Of a DNA stretch of 32,791 nt, positions 28,318 to 32,791 are shown piece by piece. The translations under genes and the position numbers were made by a program. How positions within the stretch are numbered: position 1 is the first letter of the stretch; each line of letters begins with the position of its first letter. The DNA is from an uncultured Tessaracoccus sp. (lineage in GTDB: Bacteria; Actinomycetota; Actinomycetes; Propionibacteriales; Propionibacteriaceae). Location: NCBI GenBank assembly GCA_964588895.1, contig CAZPSO010000001.1, forward strand, positions 1 through 32,791. Direction: 5' to 3'. Under the pieces are notes generated by a model. It worked only from the letters and a program-made list of their open reading frames with translations, was not told the origin of the DNA and did no database searches.

Positions 28318-29823
28318 CTACGACGCGGATCCGCCGGTCAGCTCGAAGGCCCGGACGGTGACCGATTCACCCTCTGCCACTTGTCGGCGCGCCGCATCCT
28401 GCTCCCGCTGGATGAGCGTGCCGTAGGTGCGGCTCGGCTCACCCGCCGACTCCGCCGCAGCAGCCATGTGCTTCAACCACTCCTCCGCCACCTGCGAATC
28501 CTGCAGCAGGCCGAGCTGCTCGGTGACCTCCTCCCAGGTCTCCGCCGCGCGCGCCGCACCGTCCACCGCCGGGGCCAGCGCCTCGAATGCGTACCGCACC
28601 GCCTTGGCCCGCTTCCTCACCTCATGCAGCAGGTGCATCCTCTCGTCACCCTCGGCCCGGCGCGACCCCTCCCAGTCGGTGCGCGCCCTGCCGATCGCCT
28701 TGTCCACCAGCCGCGGAAGCACGGTGGCGCTCCGCTTCGCCGCCCGGCCCCGCAGCGGAGGCTCAGCCAACAGCTGCAGCAGACGGTCCCGCAGCGCCAG
28801 GTAACGCTCGCCGTCCAGCACCTCCACCAGGGCTGCGTGCGCCCTGGTGTGCCGGCCGTCCAGTTCACTGCGGACCCGGTCCTGCACAGGGCCGACCACC
28901 AGGTCGACGTCCATCTGCTCCACCGCACCCGAGATCCTGTCCTTCATCACCTCGGCGTCACGTGGCATCCCCAGCACCGTGGCGTACCACTTCAGTTCGT
29001 CGCGCAGCCGGTCCGTCTCCTCGCGGTGGAAGAGTCGGCGGAAGGTGCGCAGGGTGCTGCGCATGCGCCGGGTTGCCACGCGGGTCTTGTGGACTCCGTC
29101 GGCGTGGTCGGTCCTGACGTCCTCTTCTCGGCCGACCACCACGGCCACCTGCTGCGCCAGGTAGTCCATGACCACCTCCGCAGCCGTGGCCTTGCGCGGC
29201 AGAACCGCTTCGCTCTGCCGCTGCAGCCGGTCCCCCACCGCCCGCGCCAGCTTCGACGGAGCGCGCGACGATGAGAGGCCGTGGTCAGCAAACAGCCTCC
29301 CGAGGCGATCCAGCAGTTCCACGGTCCCGCCAGCCAGCTCCAGCTCCAGTTCACGCCACACCTGGCCGCTTGCCAGGGCCATGACCGTGTCGTCGGCCAG
29401 TTCCGCCACCAGCTCCCCCGACGTATCGAGCAGGGGTGTCTCCTGGCGGATGGTTCGGAGTACGGCCACCGGCAGTAGTGCTCCCTCGGCCCCTTGTGGC
29501 CAGCGCTCGCCCAGGAACTGGATCACCTCACGCACCAAGTGTTCCGGTACCGACAGGTGGCCCGGATTCTCCGTGAGCGGCGCTGCCACCTCCATGCGGG
29601 CATCGCCGGCCATCGGCAGTTTGAGGTGCCACCCGGCATCAATGCCACCCTCACGTCGCCGCAACACGATCCCGTTGCGCACGAGAAGCAGGTCAAGAGT
29701 GTCGAAGTACACCGCCCGCAGCCGGTGCTCCCGTGTGCCCCCCTCCTCCACCACCCCCTCCAAGGACGGGCGGGGCGCATCGGGGGCGATGTCGAACTTC
29801 CGCTCCAACTCCACGTGTCGCAT
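28318..29823 (-). CDS. CYTH and CHAD domain protein
   Basis: ELERKF (ExExK), YFDT, GWHLKLP, ELELEL; CHAD motifs VHKTRVATRRMR and LHEVRKRAKAVRY. Confidence 0.93.
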   Translation of the reverse strand: MRHVELERKFDIAPDAPRPSLEGVVEEGGTREHRLRAVYFDTLDLLLVRNGIVLRRREGGIDAGWHLKLPMAGDARMEVAAPLTENPGHLSVPEHLVREVIQFLGERWPQGAEGALLPVAVLRTIRQETPLLDTSGELVAELADDTVMALASGQVWRELELELAGGTVELLDRLGRLFADHGLSSSRAPSKLARAVGDRLQRQSEAVLPRKATAAEVVMDYLAQQVAVVVGREEDVRTDHADGVHKTRVATRRMRSTLRTFRRLFHREETDRLRDELKWYATVLGMPRDAEVMKDRISGAVEQMDVDLVVGPVQDRVRSELDGRHTRAHAALVEVLDGERYLALRDRLLQLLAEPPLRGRAAKRSATVLPRLVDKAIGRARTDWEGSRRAEGDERMHLLHEVRKRAKAVRYAFEALAPAVDGAARAAETWEEVTEQLGLLQDSQVAEEWLKHMAAAAESAGEPSRTYGTLIQREQDAARRQVAEGESVTVRAFELTGGSAS

Positions 29824-29980
29824 GCCCCCATTGTCCCAGCTCCCGTCCCGGCCGGCAGGGTGCTGCTGATGACCGCGGGTCGAGTGACCCCCGTGCCCTC
29901 ACGCATGGATCGAGGCGTGGATTCTCGACTGGTGGCGTTGCGGACGAAGTATCTCGGCGAGCGTCGACTAGGGTGCGCGC

Positions 29981-30757
29981 ATGGCTACGAACGAGCGACT
30001 GGCCTCGAGCCGGGAAGCATCCGACCTCGAGGACGATGGTCGACCTCCTTCGGTGGACAGCGGTCGCGACCATCTGTCCCTGTCAGCAGCCGGCGTGCGG
30101 CGCCTGCTGGTGTTCGTGGCGGTGGGCTTGTCCGTGATCTCGCTGGGTGGCCAATTCGCCAAGCGGATCTGGCCTGACGTGAGTTGGCTGGAGACGGCCT
30201 CCGCGCTCGTCAACGTATCCAGCGAGCAGACGCTGCCGACGCTCATCGCCAGTCTGGGGCTCCTCGTGCTGTCGATCTTGGCCTGGACCATCGGGACGGT
30301 CCAGGCGCGTCGCGGCGCCTCCCCCTGGTGGGGCCGGGCCGCGGCGGCGGTACCGGCCTACATGGCCGCCGATGAGTTCCTCATGCTGCACGAACGGACG
30401 ATCACACCGCTGCGGCAATTGTTCGGGACCGGCGGTGGCTGGCTGTACTACGCCTGGGTCGTACCAGCTCTCGGCGCTGTGCTGCTCACCGTCATCATCG
30501 GATACCGGTGGCTCGGCAGGCTGGGGGCCCCAGCGCGCCGGCGCACGCTGCAGGGCGCAGCGATCTACGTCTTCGGGGCCGTCGGCCTGGAGATGCTGGC
30601 CGGCTGGCTGGTCACGGGTGGGCACACCCACTGGCTGCTGCTCAACTCGCTGTCGACCGTCGAGGAGTTCCTGGAGATGGCCGGAGTCGCGGTCGCAGCC
30701 GAGGGCCTCCTGCTGGGTCTCGCAAGGTATCGCACCAGGATCTCGGTCGGTCGCTGA
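29981..30757 (+). CDS. Conserved-looking hypothetical membrane protein (~7 TM)
   Basis: Multiple TM segments with ADEFLMLHE, GAVGLEM, VEEFLEMAG; TAGGGT -10 element 6 nt before ATG. Confidence 0.8.
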   Translation: MATNERLASSREASDLEDDGRPPSVDSGRDHLSLSAAGVRRLLVFVAVGLSVISLGGQFAKRIWPDVSWLETASALVNVSSEQTLPTLIASLGLLVLSILAWTIGTVQARRGASPWWGRAAAAVPAYMAADEFLMLHERTITPLRQLFGTGGGWLYYAWVVPALGAVLLTVIIGYRWLGRLGAPARRRTLQGAAIYVFGAVGLEMLAGWLVTGGHTHWLLLNSLSTVEEFLEMAGVAVAAEGLLLGLARYRTRISVGR

Positions 30758-30826
30758 CGAAGTAGGCTGCCTGCTGCCTGCTGCCGGCGCTCCCGCGTGG
30801 CCGTCGCCGCCACCGTCCCTTCTCAC

Positions 30827-30889
30827 GACGGGTGGCCACATCGGGGCGGTGACGAACTTCCGCTCCGCCTCGACATGCCGCACGTCCCC
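30827..30889 (-). pseudogene. Degenerate fragment of the CYTH-CHAD gene 5' end
   Basis: Reads VRHVEAERKFVTAP versus MRHVELERKFDIAP; shares GAACTTCCGCTCC with 29794-29806; 1-nt deletion afterwards. Confidence 0.7.
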
Positions 30890-30967
30890 TGGTGGCAACA
30901 CTTCGCATCCCGGAGACCCACATGGCGGTACGACGGAGACGTATGCTGCCCGCAAGGGGGGTGGACG

Positions 30968-31906
30968 ATGGTCAGCAGGGACAGTGGCAACCGCACCCTG
31001 TGGCTGACGTACAGCAGCCTGCGGTGGCTGCTCTTCATCCTGCCTCTCGTGCTTTTCGTGGCCACGGTGGGCACGGCCATCACCCAGGGCTACCTGGAGA
31101 CCTCCATCAGCGCCTACTACGGCGGCCCGGTCCGCGACGTGTTCGTGGGTGTGCTCATCGCCGTGGCCGTGTGCATGGTGGCCTACCAGGGCGCCACCAC
31201 GCTGGAGGACTACACCTTCAACGGCGCCGCCTTCTACGCCGTCCTGGTGGCGCTGATCCCCCACAACATCGACGAGATCCTCGACGAATTGCGGGCGGGG
31301 CTGGAGCTCTCCGGGCAGGGCTTCACGGCTGCCGATTACATCTGGTCCCTGCGCATCACCCTGAGCGTGGCAGTGCTGCTGTGCCTCCTGCTGGTGGCCC
31401 TCGAACTGCGACGGACCAGGCGAATCCGCGAGCTGGTCACCGGCGACCGGGCGGCGCTGGCGTTCGTGATCGCCACCGCCGGGGGCCTCCTCGGGTTCCT
31501 GCTGCTCACCATGTGGCAGTTGTGGGCCCCGGATCCGCGTGACGTGACGCTGGATGGCATCACGCTGTTCGGCGTGAACCTCCCCATCCACCACCTGGCC
31601 GCCATCTTGCTGCTCGGAGCACTCGTCGTGGCCACCGCCACCCACGCCTGGCCGCAGGTGGCGGCGCGACGCTCCCACGAGACCCTCCCGCGCCTGCAGA
31701 CGGATGGCCTGCTCGGCTACCGCGTCATCGTCGGGCTGATGGGGTTGGGGCCGTTGTTCGCCTGGGGCATGGCACGGCTCTTCGCACCCGGGCACTTCAT
31801 CCTTTTCCTGGAGTGGTGGGAGATCGGGCTGTTCTGCCTGTTCTGGGGGCTCGAGAACCTGAAGGTTGCGGCCGAACGTCGTCAACGCCTGGCCCGACTC
31901 CCCTGA
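30968..31906 (+). CDS. Hypothetical integral membrane protein
   Basis: About 9 TM segments, ETSISAYY loop, IHHLAAI, LEWWEI; start uncertain. Confidence 0.8.
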   Translation: MVSRDSGNRTLWLTYSSLRWLLFILPLVLFVATVGTAITQGYLETSISAYYGGPVRDVFVGVLIAVAVCMVAYQGATTLEDYTFNGAAFYAVLVALIPHNIDEILDELRAGLELSGQGFTAADYIWSLRITLSVAVLLCLLLVALELRRTRRIRELVTGDRAALAFVIATAGGLLGFLLLTMWQLWAPDPRDVTLDGITLFGVNLPIHHLAAILLLGALVVATATHAWPQVAARRSHETLPRLQTDGLLGYRVIVGLMGLGPLFAWGMARLFAPGHFILFLEWWEIGLFCLFWGLENLKVAAERRQRLARLP

Positions 31907-32102
31907 CCCGCCCCAGCCAACCTGACCCAGCTGACCCCGGCGGGGTGGGCCTCCCTTCCCGCCGCTCGCCGGCCGGTGGTGCCCAGATCTTCGTATACGT
32001 CGCCATCTCCAACCGGCGTGGCGACCCATGGAGAGAACGAGGACCTCCCACCCGCGGAGCGGACTGTACGAATTTTGCTCAAGGGCTTGCGCGCGACCCC
32101 AT

Positions 32103-32148
32103 TGCAGAGTTATCTTTGCAAAGTCTTGTTTGCAAATTGTCCTTTGCA
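32103..32148. promoter_or_regulatory. TGCA x4 array, 14-bp period (probable regulator operator)
   Basis: TGCA at 32103, 32117, 32131, 32145 in an AT-rich patch just upstream of the GGGAG RBS. Confidence 0.7.
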
Positions 32149-32163
32149 TAGTTGGGAGTTCGC

Positions 32164-32448
32164 ATGTTCACCTCAATCCACCTCGCAGAAGTCACCATCA
32201 CCACCACGGGAAGCACGCTGCTGGCAGCCGAGATCGGCGTCGCACTGGTCGTGTTGCTCCTGGGTACGCTGGGCTATCTGGCCGCGCTCTGGTTCGCAGC
32301 CGGCGCCCACCGTCGCCGCCAAGACCGCACGGTCGAGGCCACCACGGAGCATGGCCACGAGGCACCGCGCGGCATCACCGAGGTCTGGGCCCGTCGCAAC
32401 CACCCCGTGGCCTCCGATCGGCTGCTGGACCATTCCCTCTCCCGCTGA
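32164..32448 (+). CDS. Small membrane protein (94 aa)
   Basis: GGGAG RBS; one strong TM segment followed by a basic HRRR patch. Confidence 0.65.
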   Translation: MFTSIHLAEVTITTTGSTLLAAEIGVALVVLLLGTLGYLAALWFAAGAHRRRQDRTVEATTEHGHEAPRGITEVWARRNHPVASDRLLDHSLSR

Positions 32449-32586
32449 GCACCGGGAAGGGCGACCCGTTGCCGCGTCCGCGACACGGGGAGGTCCAGGA
32501 CTAGGCGTGCGGCACGAGCCCACGAAACGCCGCAGGGAAGCAGCGCGGAGGGCACTATTCCCTTATCCAACGTGGATCGGGACTCT

Positions 32587-32646
32587 TGATGCAGCCCGCG
32601 ACGGGACTCGTGGTGGAGCCCGCGACGGGGCGCGTGATGCAGCCCC
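32587..32646. repeat. 24-bp imperfect tandem repeat, ~2.5 copies
   Basis: TGATGCAGCCCGCGACGGGACTCG / TGGTGGAGCCCGCGACGGGGCGCG / TGATGCAGCCCC. Confidence 0.7.
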
Positions 32647-32725
32647 GGCGGATGCCACCCCCATCAGACCCGTCAGACCTCCACGGGGTTAGCCGTCGGG
32701 GTGTGGGGGCTTCGCCTAGACTAGA

Positions 32726-32771
32726 TGCAGAAATTATTCTGCAACGTTTTCTATGCAAAGGCTTCCTTGCA
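32726..32771. promoter_or_regulatory. Second TGCA x4 array, 14-bp period
   Basis: TGCA at 32726, 32740, 32754, 32768; ATG at 32774 near the window edge. Confidence 0.7.
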
Positions 32772-32791
32772 CAATGTCCGCCCGCAACCTC

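Noticed and set aside
31900-31950. CTGACCC x3 microrepeat after the membrane gene
   Set aside because: Short, irregularly spaced and low complexity; at most part of a terminator region.

Overview
High-GC actinobacterial chromosomal region, probably Propionibacteriaceae-like (inferred from gene content and leaderless genes). It holds about 30 CDS: argF (partial), an LMW-PTP, an MprAB-like two-component system, assorted oxidoreductases and hydrolases, a DUF2975/Cro-HTH pair, a baeRF-family protein, a TPP enzyme, an OYE flavin reductase, TspO, YihY, an HspR-controlled Hsp20, a sugar-acid/phosphoketolase set (zwf, xfp, gntK, hexose-6-P mutarotase, lactonase), a CYTH-CHAD protein and membrane proteins. 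I found no rRNA, tRNA, CRISPR, transposase or integrase. The most unusual signals are non-coding: (1) a ~0.9 kb hairpin-dense intergenic region containing two homologous hairpins with an identical GTATGAG loop and three compensatory stem changes; (2) two copies, 10 kb apart, of a module of three DnaA-like boxes plus a TAC-N6-GTA palindrome; (3) a perfect MprA-type TCTCAG-N5-TCTCAG site; (4) two 4x TGCA arrays with a 14-bp period; (5) a decayed copy of the CYTH gene start. All calls come from reading the sequence; no searches were run.
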